A stretch of 64,000 bases of DNA from the human T2T-CHM13v2.0 reference genome, Homo sapiens: NCBI RefSeq assembly GCF_009914755.1, contig NC_060928.1; one strand, written 5' to 3'. The first letter of the stretch is position 1, and each line of letters opens with the position of its first letter. Shown in pieces: positions 33,012-47,484 of this stretch. Under the pieces are notes generated by a model. That model saw only the letters and a program-made list of their open reading frames with translations, did not search any database and was not told the origin of the DNA. The translations under genes and the position numbers were made by a program.

Positions 33012-33392
33012 TGGCTTAACTTATATGATCACAAGGTCCCACAATAAGCCATTTGGAAGCTGAGAAGCAAGGAGAGCCAGTCTGAGTCCCAAAATTGAAA
33101 AACTTGGAGTCCGATATTTGAGGGCAGGAAACATCCAGCATGGGAGAAAGATGTAGGCTCGGAGGCTAGGCCAGTCTAGTCTTTTCACTTTTTTTTCTGT
33201 CTGCTTTATATTCTAGCTGTGCTGGCAGCTCATTGGATGGTGCCCAACCAGATTAAGGGTGGCTCTGACTTTCCCAGCCCACTGATTCAAATGTTAATCA
33301 TCTCCTTTGGCAACACCCTCACAGACACAGCTAGGATCAATAATTTGCATCCTTCAATATAATCAAGTTGACACTCAGTATTAACCGTAACA
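33012..33392 (-). mobile_element. MLT2A1-like 3' LTR of HERV-L (distal end missing)
   Basis: Direct repeat of 39115-39491, abutting the polypurine tract (agtccacctcttg). Confidence 0.9.
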
Positions 33393-33919
33393 AGTCCACC
33401 TCTTGTCAACTTGAACATGTACACATCTCCTGAGATCACACATAATATTTAAATAAAGACAATAATAAGGTCATAATTACAGCTAACCTAATATAATTAC
33501 CCTTTGTACAACTGGAAACACACCAATTCCCAACACAAACACTATTACGTAAAGTTAACAATACTTACATGTTGATATGAAGTCAATAAATCTTACACCA
33601 CATGATAAAGGAAAAAGGAAATAAAATGAAGATATTTTATTTGTACAAGTGTATACATGCACAAACATGTTTTTAACAAAAGAAGGAGGAAATACTTATG
33701 ACAATTACAGTCCGCATTTCTGCAGCTGGTCACGTGCTTGTAGCTGGTATTGACGACTACCTTTTACTACTACCCATTCTGTATTCCTTTTGCCTTTAGC
33801 AAGCACTTCAGCAGGCCGTGTTTTTTTTTCCTGGGGAAGTGTCCCAAACCTTCATTCCTGAAGGGTCTGGGCCCTTTGTAATCCTGCCTAGATTGGGCTG
33901 TTGTAGTTTCTCATTGACC

Positions 33920-34291
33920 TTAATCACAGGGGACGGTAAAACTAAGAGATGCCCTTAATGGGTTTCCTGTATTGCATGCATACTCTTCCTTACCTCCGTT
34001 GTTGAGTAGTAGACTGATTTCAACTTGATAGTCTGGGTCAATCATCCCAACCAACACTGTAATTCCTTTCTTAGCCTGTTGACTTAAAGGTAGGAGGAGC
34101 CCAAAGTGTCCAGATGACAATCTTAACTTGCAGTTTAATGGAATTGTTGTTGTGTCCGCTGGTGGCAGTGTTCCTCCCTCTGGAACTAAGACCTCTAGGC
34201 CTGCAGAACATAATGTCACGGGAACAGGAAGCAAAAATTTTGCTAGTGGATGACTAAGGGTGATGGTGGGTGATGTCACTTCCACTTCCAC
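33920..34291 (-). pseudogene. HERV-L dUTPase-like region
   Basis: SAGLEVLVP, GHFGLLLPLS, GMIDPDYQ motifs located downstream of integrase. Confidence 0.85.
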
Positions 34292-36100
34292 TCCTTGATT
34301 CCTGGACCCATGAATCTGGCTGTGGGAAAAACAGTATCATATATTGGACACTGATTCAGAGCACACATGACCTTCTGTAGAACTTTGTCCCAGCCCTGCA
34401 AAGTACTGTCACCTAGTTGGCATTGTAATTGTGACTTCGAAAGGCCATTCCACCATTCTATCAACCAGCTGCTTCAGATGATGAGGAACATGGTAAGATC
34501 AGTGAATTCCATGAGCATGAGCCCACTGCCACACTTCTTTATCCATAAAGTGAGTTCCTTGGTCAGAGGCAATGCTGTGTGGAATACCATAATGGTGGAT
34601 AAGGCATTCTGTGAGTTCATGGATGGTATTCTTGGCAGAAGCACTGTGTGCAGGATAGGTAAACCCATATCTGGAATGTCTATTCCAGTGAGGACAAGCC
34701 TCTGTCCTTTCCATGTTGGAAGAGGTCCAATATAATCAACCTGCCACCAGGTAGCTGGCTGATCACCCTGAGGAATGGTGCCATATCCAGATCTCAGTGT
34801 TTGTGGGCACTCAGCAGTGGCTGTAGCCAGGTCAGCCTTGGTGAGTGGAAGTCTATGTTGCTGAGCCCATGTGTAACCTGCATCTCTGACACCATGGCCA
34901 CTTTGTTCATGGGCCCATTGGGCAATGACATGGGTGGCTGGGGAGAGAGGCTGAGGGGTGTTCACAGAACAGGTCTTCTTATCCATTTAATTATTAAAAT
35001 CCTCCTTTGCTGAGGTCACCCGTTGGTGAGCACTCACATGGGATACAAATACTTTTATAGTTTTTGACCACTAGAAGAAGTCTATCTACATACCTCTTCC
35101 ATAAATTTATTTGTCACCAATTTTCCAATCATGTTTCTTCCAAATCCCTGCCTATACAGCCAAACCATTGGCCACCACACACGAATCAGTATACAATCGC
35201 CCATCTGGCCATTTCTCCTTCCATGCAAAGTCCACAACTGGGTGCACTGCTCAAAGTTCGGCTCACTGGGAAGATTTTCCTTCACTGCTCTCCTTCAGGG
35301 ATATCCTAGAAAGGGGCTGTAGTGCTGCAGCTGTCCACTTTTGGGTGGTGCCTGCATATCGTCAGAACCATTTGTGAACCAGGCCCCACTCTACTCTCCC
35401 TCTGTCAGCTGATCATAGGGAATTCCCCGAAGCCGTCAGTTCAGGCTGGGAGAGAGAAGTCAAGATGGCAGGAGTAGAGACCATAGGCATTTGAGCCACT
35501 TCCTCATGTAACTTACTTGTGCCTTTGGGACCTGCTCGAGCCCAATCATGTATATACCACTTCCATTTGATGATGGAATGCTGCTGTGCATGACCCCTTT
35601 ATGGCTAGATGGTTCAGAAACCACCCAGTTCATGATGGGAAGTTCAGGTTGCATGGTGACTTGATGACCGATAGTCAAGCATTCAGTTTCTACCAAAGCC
35701 CAGTAACAGGCCAAGAGCTGTCTCTCAAAAGAAGAGTAATTATCTGCAGGAAATGGCAGGACCTTGCTTCAAAATCCTAAAGGCCTCCTCTGTGATTCAC
35801 CTATGGGGGCCTGCCAAAGGCTCCAATCAGCATCCCTATCTGCCACTGACACCTCAAGCACCATTGGATCTGTTGGGTCATATGGCCCAAGTGACAGAGA
35901 AGCTTGCACAGCAGCCTGGACCTGCTGCAGAGCCTTCTCCTGTTCTGAACCCCACAGAAAACTGGCAGCCTTTTGCATCACTTGATAAATGGGCTGGAGT
36001 AACACAACCAAATAAGGAATGTGTTGCCTCCAAAATCCAAATAGGCCCACTAAACATTGTACTTCTTTCTTGGTTGTAGGAGGGACCAAAAGCAGCAACT
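34276..36100 (-). pseudogene. HERV-L RNase H / integrase remnants
   Basis: AWFTNGS (~35365-35385), WAHEQSGH, WQVDYIGPLP, IASDQGTHF, IEWWNG, split across frames. Confidence 0.88.
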
Positions 36101-37150
36101 TATCCTTTTTACCTTAGACGGAATATCTCGACAGGCCCCACACCATTGGACCGCTAAAAATTTTACTGAGGTAGAAGATCCCTGAATTTTAGTTAGATGT
36201 ATTTTCCATCATCTGGCATGCAAATATCTCACCAATAAGTCCAGTGTGTTTGCTACTTCTTGCTCACTGGACCCAATCAGCATAATGTCATCAATGTAAC
36301 GGACCAGGGTGATATCTTCTGGAAGCAAAAAGCGTTCAGTCTCTCCAAATAAGATTATGACACAAAGCCAGAGAGTTGATATACTCCTGAGGTAGGACAG
36401 CAAAGTCATATTGCTGGCCCTGGCAGCTGAAGGTAAATTGCTTCTGCTGGGTGTAATGGACAGGAATTGAGTAAAAGGCATTTTCCAAGTCAGTGGCTGC
36501 ATAACAGGTACCAGGAGATGTGTTAATTTGCTCAAGCAATGAAACCATATCTGGTACAGCAGCTGCAATTTCAGTAACCACTTGGTTAAGCTTAAAATAA
36601 TCCACTGTCATTCTCCAAGATCCATCTGTCTTCTGCACAGGCCAAATGGTAGAGTTGAACAGGGGTGTGTTGGGAATCACCACTGCTGTGTCTTTCAAAT
36701 CCTTGATGGTGGTGCTAATCTCCACAATCCCTCTAGGGATGTAATATTGTTTATGATTTACTATTTATCTAGGTAGAGGCAGCTCTAATGGCTTCCGTTT
36801 GGCCTTTCCCACCATAATAGCCCTCACGCTACCAATCAAAGAGCCAATGTGGGGGTTCTGCCAGCTGCTAAGCATGTCTATGCCTATTATGCATTCTGGC
36901 ACTGGGGAAATGACCATAGGATGAGTCCAGAATCCCACTGGACCCACTGTAGGGTTAGGCCTGAGCTAATATTACATTAATTACCTGACCTCCATAAGTC
37001 CCTACTTTAATTGGAGGACCACAATGACATTTTGGGTCCCCTGGAATTAATGTCAGCTCAGAGCCAGTGTCCAGTAGTCCTCAAAATGTCTCATCACTTT
37101 CCTTTCCCCAATGCACAGTTACCTTGGTAAAATGTTGGAGGTAACCTTGG
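36100..37150 (-). pseudogene. HERV-L protease / reverse transcriptase remnants
   Basis: GLLDTGSELTLIPGDP (~37034-37080), GSWRMTVDY, DLENAF, LPQEY, RYIDD. Confidence 0.9.
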
Positions 37151-37199
37151 GAAAAGCTGGGAGAAAGATTAAGTGCATAAATTTGTGGTAGTGTAGTGG

Positions 37200-38940
37200 G
37201 GTCCCTCCTCAAGTGGACCCTGCCTGACAGGGGCCTGGGTCTGTAAAGTGGCTCAAGTCTGGAAATAGATTGATGGGTCGTGAATCTCTGTTTTTATAAT
37301 TCAAATTAGTCTTTTGTCCATTTGACCTAGAAGTTATCTGCTTTTATATAAATTAAGTAGGAATGCAGTAGGCTTCCTATCAATGTCACTTCTAGGAACA
37401 CCATGATTAATTTGGCCAATTCCAGAGCTCTACATGAGTTGGGATTATTCTGATTGCTTCTTTGCTTCTGTCTGCTGCCATTATGTTAGCTACACCCACC
37501 TTGCTTTTGGTGGTTGAGTGCTGCCAGTTGACCCTTTCCACCCCAGGATCCAATTATTCCCATTGTATTTAAATTTTGTAGTTGAGTGACTGCGGTTCCC
37601 ACTGTTAGATCTGACAGACAGAGAAAAGCAATTACAGGGTTCTTCAAAAATGCAGGTGCTGCCCTCACAAATCTATTTTACAAAGCATTGGTTGAGGGCA
37701 TATCTTCTGGACCCTCCCAGCTGGGATGAATAGATCTAAAGTGACTAATCCTCTCCATTATCCCAATCTTCCTAAGTCTTTGAATCTCTTCCTCTACATT
37801 AAACCAACGGAGATCAGGCATTTCCAGGTAACTCGTGTTGGGCCATCTTTTAATCCATAGTTCAGCTAACCAAGCAAATAAAATATTAGAAACTTTTTTA
37901 CCTCCCCAAGCTGCAAAATTAAATGTAGGGTCTCTACTTAGTGGGCCCAAATCAATAAATTCAGGCTGATCCAACTCTATGTTCCTTCCACCATTATCCC
38001 ACACCCTTAATATCCATTCCCATGCCTGTTCTCCAGATTTCTGCTCATATAAATTAGAAAACTCAAGCTGTTCTTTTCAAATGTAGTACACCTACTGATG
38101 GTTCACACTCTCCACCTCACCTCTAGGGGCCTGTTGGGACTTTAATCTAGTTACAGGCCTCGAAGCAAACAGGGGTGTCAGGGGTAGCTCCTGAGGAGAA
38201 TCAACATTATCTTGACTTCTAACTGCCTCATAGGAGGCCAACACTGTTGCTTCAGGCAGCACAGAGTTTATATCCTCAGACAAAGGTGGAAACGCTGATG
38301 GCAGCATGGGTCAAGAAGGAGGAGATCTTGCCACCACTGGGGATAGGGAATCTTTCTTCTGGCAAAAAAATAAAAAATAAAAAAGATTCATCAGAGTTTA
38401 CAAACGTAGTATACTCAGCTTCATCAGGTCCTCCCACACATCGCCATTCCAAGTTGCAGGGTCCCATTCTTTTCCAATCAATGTCTTCACTTTAAGAGTT
38501 GACGCCTGGCAACACTGTGCATGCACCTTTCATTGCAGGTCGGCCACTCACATAATAAGAGCTTGTGTCTATTTTTCCCCAATTTCAGCTTTTTCTATAC
38601 AGGAGATAAAACTCTTACTCAGGACAATCTTAGCAAATTTGAGGCTCAGTATCTGCTTCTGACACCAGAAGACAGAATCCCTGAATTCATCATTTTCTTT
38701 CATTACTTTGTCCACTGAACTTAGGAGCAACCAACCAGCTTCATTACGTTCCTTGTTTCTCCACATATGGTCAAAGTTATTATGTATAGAGTCATTAAAC
38801 CTGTTGCTTCTCATGAGCGGTGAATTGGGAGTGTGAAATGCATTTATTTTGCTTAATTCTCTAAACAGTTCATGCCAAGGACTATCAGTGTTCTCCATAC
38901 TATTAAAAGTAGAGTCCTCGGAATTTTTGGGTCTAATCAT
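37200..38940 (-). pseudogene. HERV-L gag remnants
   Basis: MENTDSPWHELF, WDNGGRNIELDQPEFIDLG, LTVGTAVTQLQNLN fragments with stops. Confidence 0.85.
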
Positions 38941-39032
38941 ATTAGACAGCCAACTCCAGAAACCCTAAAACCAACTATAGAACTCCATCCTTAATATTCT
39001 GTTCCTCTAGAACCACTCTTGGTACCAAAATC

Positions 39033-39069
39033 TGTATTAGTCAGGGTTATCTAGTGGAAAGGGACTAAT

Positions 39070-39102
<33 letters not shown>

Positions 39103-39491
39103 TATGAGTTTATTAAGGATTAACTCACACAAAGACAAAGTCACACAATAGGCTGTCTGCAAGCTGAGGAGCAAGGAGAGCCAGTTCGAGTCCCAAAACT
39201 GACGAACTTGGAGTCTGATGTTCAAAGGCAGGAGGCATTCAGCATGGGAGAAAGATGTAGGCTAGGAGGCTAGGCCAGTCTAGTCTTTTCACATTTTTCT
39301 GCCTGCTTTATGTTCCAGCTGCATTGGCCACTGATTAGATGGACCCCACCCATATTAAGGGTTGGTCTGCCTTTCTTAGTGCATTGACCCAAATGTTCAC
39401 CTCCTTTGGCAACAACCTCACCAACACATCCAAGATCAATACTTTGTATCCTTCAATCCAATTAGGTTGACACTGAATAGTAACCATCACA
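39033..39491 (-). mobile_element. MLT2A1-like 5' LTR of HERV-L
   Basis: tgtattagtcaggg ... taaccatcaca, 459 bp, with an internal A/(TA)n tract. Confidence 0.92.
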
Positions 39492-39529
39492 ATAATGAAT
39501 GTGACAATTTGCTTATTTGCTTAACAGGA

Positions 39530-39810
39530 AGAATTATATATATAATTATAATGGAAGTTTTATCTATATTAATATATATTTTTATTTATATAAATTATAC
39601 ATTATATAATTTAGAAATATACATATCTACTTCCAAATTATATGTATTTTTATACTTCCAAATGATATGTATAATTACATAATAATTATATCAATATATA
39701 ATTATACATAATATACAAATTATATACCAAAAAATTGTATGCAAATTATATATGTTTGAAAACATCATGTTGTATATCTTCAATATATACAATGTAAATT
39801 AAAATTAAAA
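39530..39810. repeat. AT-rich low-complexity tract with L1M 3' tail remnant
   Basis: (TA/TAA)-rich; aacatcatgttgtatatcttcaatatatacaat. Confidence 0.6.
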
Positions 39811-39823
39811 ACATAAAGCACTA

Positions 39824-40253
<430 letters not shown>

Positions 40254-41399
40254 TTATTTTTACATATTTAACTTGTGTTCAAACAGTATTAAACTTGGAT
40301 CTCTTTTATAAAACAAACAATCCATTTTATTTTATAAATTTAGTTCATAATGAAACTATAATTTTATCAGTGAACCCATAGATATTTTGATGTAGATAAA
40401 ATGTTTTCATCATCATTTGTATAAATGTTTGGTGCTGTGAATATTCATTGTTGATATAGTACAGAACTCTTGTAAGTACCAAAGGCATTGCTAGTTTTAA
40501 GGGAAAAACACAACTAGCAGAAAATACAGGTCTTCAATTTGCAAGTATTTTTTGAAAGCTAATTTACTAGCTTAACTTGAATTTTTTAAAGTTAGGTCAG
40601 AATAAATTTATTCATTGAATTAAGATTATTTTATTTTCCATATAATTTTATTAGAAAACTTTTTTTTTGCCTACATGTAGGGCTGAATCCAGAATTTTAA
40701 AATCTTTCCTGAAAGTGTCATTAAATCACATTAATTAAAAATGCAGAAGGCATTTTTCCAGGTTCCTAATTTGTTGAATCATTCTAACAAAAGTAATGAA
40801 TTATACTACTACACATTAAATAATTCTGTTTACCTTTTCATGAATGTATCTATTACTCTTAAAATATTAATTTAATATATGAAGTGTCATTTTAACTGCA
40901 TGATTTCAGAACCACAGTGTAATATTAATTTAGATATCAAACATCTATTTTAAAAATGCATAGAACTCTGTATTTAAAAATAAATATTTTATTTAATAGA
41001 AACTCAGAATGCTGCAGTATATATGGTACCAGATGAAGGTTTAATAAATCCTTTCAATTATTTATTAACTTAAACTCCTCAACTTTGGAAGAGTAATATA
41101 AATTGATTAAGTGTTTTGCTGGTTATACTGGGAAAACTACATATATATTTAGAAATGTATCTATTATATTTGTCCTAAAATGTTGATCAGAATTATTGTG
41201 CTACTAAATATATATATGTGATATGCATGTTAGAAACTGGCTCAGAAAAAAAGTTACTTTTCCATCTAAACTTGTATTAAGTTACTTGTTTTATCTTTTA
41301 AAATGACCAGACCTTGGGCTTCTTAAAATCCATTGCACATATTTTGGCTTAGCCACCTACCTAACTCTACCCAGATTCTTTGTACTTTCATTGTTGTGA

Positions 41400-41732
<333 letters not shown>

Positions 41733-41779
41733 GAATGATTATTAAATTGTTAAGTACTTGATATTACTCTGGAATGAGG

Positions 41780-42330
41780 TGATTCTTGACAAATGTTTTA
41801 CATCTTCCAGAATTAGTCAAAAAAGCTAGAGATCATTTGCACAAAGAGGTATGAGAGAAAAATGGAGCATTCAAGGAATTGAATAGTATATGTGCATAGC
41901 ACTTCTGTGTGTATGTGTGTGTGTGTATGTTTGTGTTATTTTATCATTATGTGGGTGTTAGCACATATGACTGATGGATAATTAAATGAGTGAGGGAATC
42001 AGTAGCATTGGGGTTGCTAGAATACTTAAAGTTGGGAGAGATTTGTAAATATAGGAAAAAGCCCTGGAGTGGTGTCATCCATGGCTCACTTCAGAAAATG
42101 AGTATTTTTAATGGAAATAGAGAACAGATGTTGAAGTTAAGATATATTTAAGAGACCAAAATAAAATAATTTTCTAATTGTTTGGATATGAGAAGACAAG
42201 GAGTAGAGTGTAGAATGAACTTCAGTTTTCTGGTTTGCATGAATGCATGACAGGGGAAACAAAGCAAGTGTGATGTAGGAGAAAGATGAAGAACTTGATG
42301 ATGGACGTAGGGAATTAGCAACATCTCAAA
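41780..42330 (-). mobile_element. L2 remnants
   Basis: Purine-rich motifs such as ttggatatgagaag..gaatgaacttcagttttctggtttg. Confidence 0.5.
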
Positions 42331-43859
42331 TGAAAAACTAAGGATAGAAGGTAGCCCCTACAAATTGGCTCCACTTCCTCAGTTTATATTTTTCTTTGGC
42401 AGAGTACAGACTGATACCCTATCCAACTATTTTAGTGAAACCATAAATGCTAAGGGCAACCAAGATATCAAACCCACCAAATAACAATAAGAATACTGAT
42501 GGTTGTAGAAATAACCCAAATATACATTTTTAGGCTTGATAAAAAGTTACAAAAATCACAGTACCCATAGAAGGAACAAAATAAATAGGTTTTCAACATG
42601 ATTTGTTTGTACTTACCATGTATGAATGACAGGAAATTCACTCTTTATGTTCTTTTCAGGTTGGTGAGAGCTTGGTTTTAAAAGAGAAGTTAGAACACTA
42701 AGAGTTTCAAAAATTCAGTAGGCAAAATTATGTAAACGCTAAAACTACATATTATCCTTTTTCTAATGATTTTTTACCGTTCAGTTTATATATTAAGTAT
42801 AGTTTGAGAGACATGTAGAATTACAACAGCTTTGCATATTTCATTTAGATAGATTTTGTAAGCTTTCATTTCAAATCACTGCATTGAATCAAAGTAATTC
42901 ATATCGAATTTTGTTCAAATCATATTTATAGTTTGAATAATATTTTATTAGGCATCATTGCTAGAAGTAAAAACAGTTTGGAAAAGCATAAAGACAAAGA
43001 AGGATATATTGAGGGTTTATATGGTATATTTTGAATTCTGCTAAATATTTGTTTTGAGATTGTTTAATTGAAGTTTAGACAAACTGTTGAGGAAGAGAAA
43101 TATGATTTTAATTTTGAGTTATGTATTGATCATATTTTTTGAAGATAACCAGTCTTTAAGAGCCTGCTCATAGCCTAAGTTTGATATAAATGGGGAATTA
43201 TATATGCATAGAAAAAGTTTTTTTAAACAGTACCATAATGTAGAATAAAAATAAAGACCATTGAGTCTCAAATATTTCAAAATTGGAAAATCTTCCTAGT
43301 TTAATTAAATTTGTGAAACTAAGTATTTCTTGCATAATTACTATTAAAGGTGAGTTAATTCAAATTAATTTTGTTGTAGATTTAGAACACTCCCATGATC
43401 CGATGAGTGCTAAAAATATTTAAAAACTGACATGACACAGGATCGCCTAACAATTCAGAAGAGATGACAGAGAATACCAACTCAAATTAACAAATACACA
43501 AGCGAAAGAAATTTGGAAAAAACATAATTTGTAATTCCAAGTTGCCTTCTTTTTATTGGTACACCAGAACAATGCAATTTAGTGAAGCTTGAAAAGAAAA
43601 ATGATGTGTCATTATGTGTCAAGACCAAGAGTTTTATTGCTCTAAGTTTATAAAGCACGATAACATAAATTCTTTGTGGTGACTGGCATAACTGTTTCCA
43701 TTTTCCTTAATCACAATCTTATTCTTATCTGACCATATTATCTAATTTAAATAAGAAGATTTAGAGAAATATTGTAAACTTTTCTGTTAACAATTTCAAA
43801 TTGTTTCCAGCCGCCAAAATTAAAATAATAAACTGATTTTTAAGTCAAATAATTATATA

Positions 43860-44232
43860 GTCCCTACAACAACTGTTCAAGACAGGTTTCATTTTCCCTG
43901 TTTTATAAAGAGGACACAAAATCATAGAGAGGTTAAGCCGATCACTCATGGTCTCATAGCTAAAGGGTTTTAAACCACTTGTGACCCAGGACTATCTATC
44001 TCCATAGTTAGTATACTCTGCTCTGCTTCACAATGCACGACACTGTGGAGAGGCTTTGGGCTAGTGCTCAAAGACCTGGGGAAAAAAAAAATCCAGCTTT
44101 CTAACTTGAATAACTTTTTATATGTTACCAGACTTCTCTGGAACTGGGTTTCTCTGTCTAGGTAATTATAGCACTGACTCATAGGGTTCCAGTAAAAATG
44201 AAATAAAATTGCCGTAGGCATTCAGTAAATGT
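43860..44232. mobile_element. Two divergent MIR relics (minus ~43860-44000, plus ~44040-44232)
   Basis: cctgttttataaagaggacac..agagaggttaag and ctcatagggtt..aaatgaaataa core motifs. Confidence 0.6.
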
Positions 44233-46544
44233 GAGTTTCATCTGAGTTACAAGGGCGAACATTACAATAATTTTACTCCATGTTTAAAATATTTTAAGGG
44301 TATAATAAAGTTAATCATTTCCAGTGTCTCTGTGATTAATAAAATTTCTCAGGTAATCTCTCCTAATATTTTATTTTATGAATAACAACTGGGTTTATAG
44401 GTTGAATCAACAAGGCAACTCAGAAGGAGGGCATAAAGATTGCAAAAATATTAACAGAGACCTATTCAGTACCTTGGGCAATGGAGTCGCTGTCTTCTAA
44501 GTGATATGAGTTTTTAAAGTGGCTCAGAAATGGCCCAGAGGCTGCCGGGAGCTACTTAATCCTGTATTCTGCTTCCCCATCCGGTAGTCTCCCTCTGCAG
44601 AGCCGTTGTACTTTCTGATGCTATGACACGTAAGATTAAGGGTAATCTTACAGAAATATAAGATACAGATGATATGAATATATCTTATGATGTATATTTA
44701 TAACATATATTCTTGATATATGACATATTCTTTATCTATGACATATATTTTTCATATACAAATACATATAAATTCAGATTTATGTGGATGAACCATTTAT
44801 ATAATATACTTAATAAATCAAATTATCAGCCAACTAAGTCAAATTCAGAAAAGATAACAAAGTTTTCTTTAACTATAATTGTTTTTACTCAACTAAGATG
44901 ACTTGAGTAATTATCTTGCTCTCTACTTTTCCATTATTTTTGCTTTACTCTATGCATAAGACAACTCTACCAGATAATTTCCAACAACCATATCCATAAT
45001 ACTTGCATAGAGGTATTATGGCTTCAGTATGTTATGCTTCTTTTGCCTGTTTCAGTGGTACAGTACATTGGCAAATTGCCTTTAACCCAAAGACCTCAAT
45101 TTGCATAATAATGTGCATAAAGGTTCTAATGAAAAATAAAATCAATTCTGAAATTAATTTGCATCTTCATGATAAATTAGAAAAATTATATGGTAGATGT
45201 ATACCCCAACAATTAGGACTGTCATTTGGTCAGCATTTTATTTGCTTTATTTTCCCAGGGGATAATTAATATGACTAGGGAAAAGGGGACAATTGGTTAA
45301 GTACCAACAAGAATCATTAATATCTTAAAAACCTCACAACATCACTAACAAATAGAACTGAAATTTTAAAATTATGTTATTAACTTCTCTGTACATATAA
45401 TAAAAACATATTCAGAAATTGATATTACTCTTTTGTACTGAATAAATTTTGTTCAAAAATGGAATAATATTCCATTTCCATTGTATATACATGTTTATAT
45501 ACTTGTATAATAAACAAGGAAGAATAAAGGAAAAGTCACTGCTTTTTAACAGCTTTACTTAGGTTAAAAGATATCTCTAGTAATTAATGATGTCTCCAAT
45601 TTATAAGCTAAAATTTTAACTATATATTAAAATTCTTCATTAATAAATATTTGTTTTCTCTATTTATATTTAGATGTCAAACCACTGATCTTTCTATAGC
45701 TTTATATCTCCAAGTGAATACAGCACACACATAAAATATATTATTAAAGATAATTTTAATTTGGTCCCTTTTATCATGGCAAAGAAGCATATACTGTAAA
45801 ATTTCTTATTAAGCTAGTGAGACTATTTAATATCCACTTCCTCATTTGTTGTTTTTAAGATTTGAAAATATTCAGAATGAACAACATTTCATAAATCCTC
45901 TAGGCAGGATATTTTATATAATCATTTTTATAGAATGACTTTGGGCTTTTTATATTCCATTTCTTCAATTATTTTGTGGAAAATGAATTATACGACTATA
46001 GTTTAAGTGATGTTTTTGTTGATTGAAGCAATCTTATTGATAATTTAGTCAAAATAAGAAGAATTTTTGATCATATAATTACAAAATCTCATTCTTAGGA
46101 GTACTTTTTAATTTGGCCAAATGAGCTCACAATTTTAATGACCAGAAAATGTATAAAGATTGAGAAAAGCAGTATCAGATAGAATACAATCATTAAAAAA
46201 ATTATATTCTATCTGAATGTAAAATTAAATTAATTTAAAGTGAGCTAAAATTAAATTATAAATATATAAATACTAACATTTTAAATTAGTGAATATGAAT
46301 ACTAGCATATTTTAAATAATTCTTTCGAGTATTAAAGCCCATATGAGAGGAATTGAATTAACAGCAAGCCACTTGTGAAGAAAAATTTTAGTCAAAAGTG
46401 TGACATGGAATTTACCAAATAATGATGATAATTTTTTAAAATTATCTATACCACCTCCAAAAACTACCTCATACTATGTGATATTTTGTATGAAAAGAAA
46501 ATAGAATTCAGATTGGAGAATGCTATAAAAAATTATGGAGGCAC

Positions 46545-46800
46545 TGGGGTATAGAGGTTAAGAGAAAATACTCTGGAGCCAAATGGTCCAGATTTAAATT
46601 ACATAGCTCTGCCGTGAGCTAGGCAAGCAACTTTGGAAGGTTTGGCTACTCTGTCTGGGCCTCATAATTCTCATCCGTAAAATGGAAAATAATAATATCA
46701 TATATACTTACTTTATACAGTTACTGTGAAGATTAAATGAATTAATACATCTAAAACACTCAGAAAGTTGTCTGGAAGAGATTAAACACTATATATGTAA
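46545..46800 (+). mobile_element. MIR
   Basis: ggttaagag..ctctggagcca; ctcatccgtaaaatgg; gtgaagattaaatgaattaatacat. Confidence 0.8.
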
Positions 46801-46973
46801 TTTGCCATGAAGACAGTGGCTACCAGTAGAACAGTGTAAAGAACACTGAAGTAAGAACAGGAACCCTGGTTTCTGGTCCTAGCTCTCTAAGTGAGACAGG
46901 GTTGTAGAGCCATAAGAAAGTACTGTCATTACACTGATTCTCTTGTCTTTAAAATGAATGAGTTCAAATATGT

Positions 46974-47180
46974 CAGTGATTCTCAACCCTGAATATAAGT
47001 AGAACTTTTATGGCTTCTTAAAATTAAGTACATATATATATTTATGTATATAATATTATACACACACACAGACATGCACACGGGCCATTAAACATATATA
47101 TAATCAAGAAAACAAAACTCCTGGTTTGGGTCAAGATATCAGATGTTTTAAGAACTCTTAGTGATTCTAAAGAGTATTCA
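46974..47180. mobile_element. MER5-like hAT relic containing a TA/CA tract
   Basis: cagtgattctcaaccctg ... ctcttagtgattctaa. Confidence 0.5.
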
Positions 47181-47484
47181 AGATTTTTAACATAACCAAG
47201 ATGATTAATTAGTTCTCATTTGCTTAAAAAATCCTATCATTCTCAGTAATTTAATTCATTCTTACCTGTAATTTTACCTTATAAAGTAATATATAAGTAT
47301 ATCATGTATCTCATAGCAATTTGCTTAGGATAAATCAACAGTTTTAAAACAAATAATAAAGTAATAATAGGTTCATTAAGAATTTTTAAGTAGTGTTATG
47401 CAAATGAAGATGTTGATACTACTTTCCATAAATTCTGTTCTCAAAGGGATTTAGTCATCTGTATAAACTGTAAATGTTAGTAAG

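Larger units (their letters stand above)
33393..39032 (-). mobile_element. HERV-L internal region (defective, env-less)
   Basis: Gene order gag-pro-RT-RNaseH-IN-dUTPase on minus. PBS-like gattttggtaccaagagtgg next to the 5' LTR. Confidence 0.95.

Noticed and set aside
33920-34291. dUTPase as an unusual captured gene
   Set aside because: A standard component of ERV-L, located after integrase.
44630-44651. 9-bp hairpin gtaagatta-aggg-taatcttac
   Set aside because: Short and AT-rich, plausible by chance in 64 kb.
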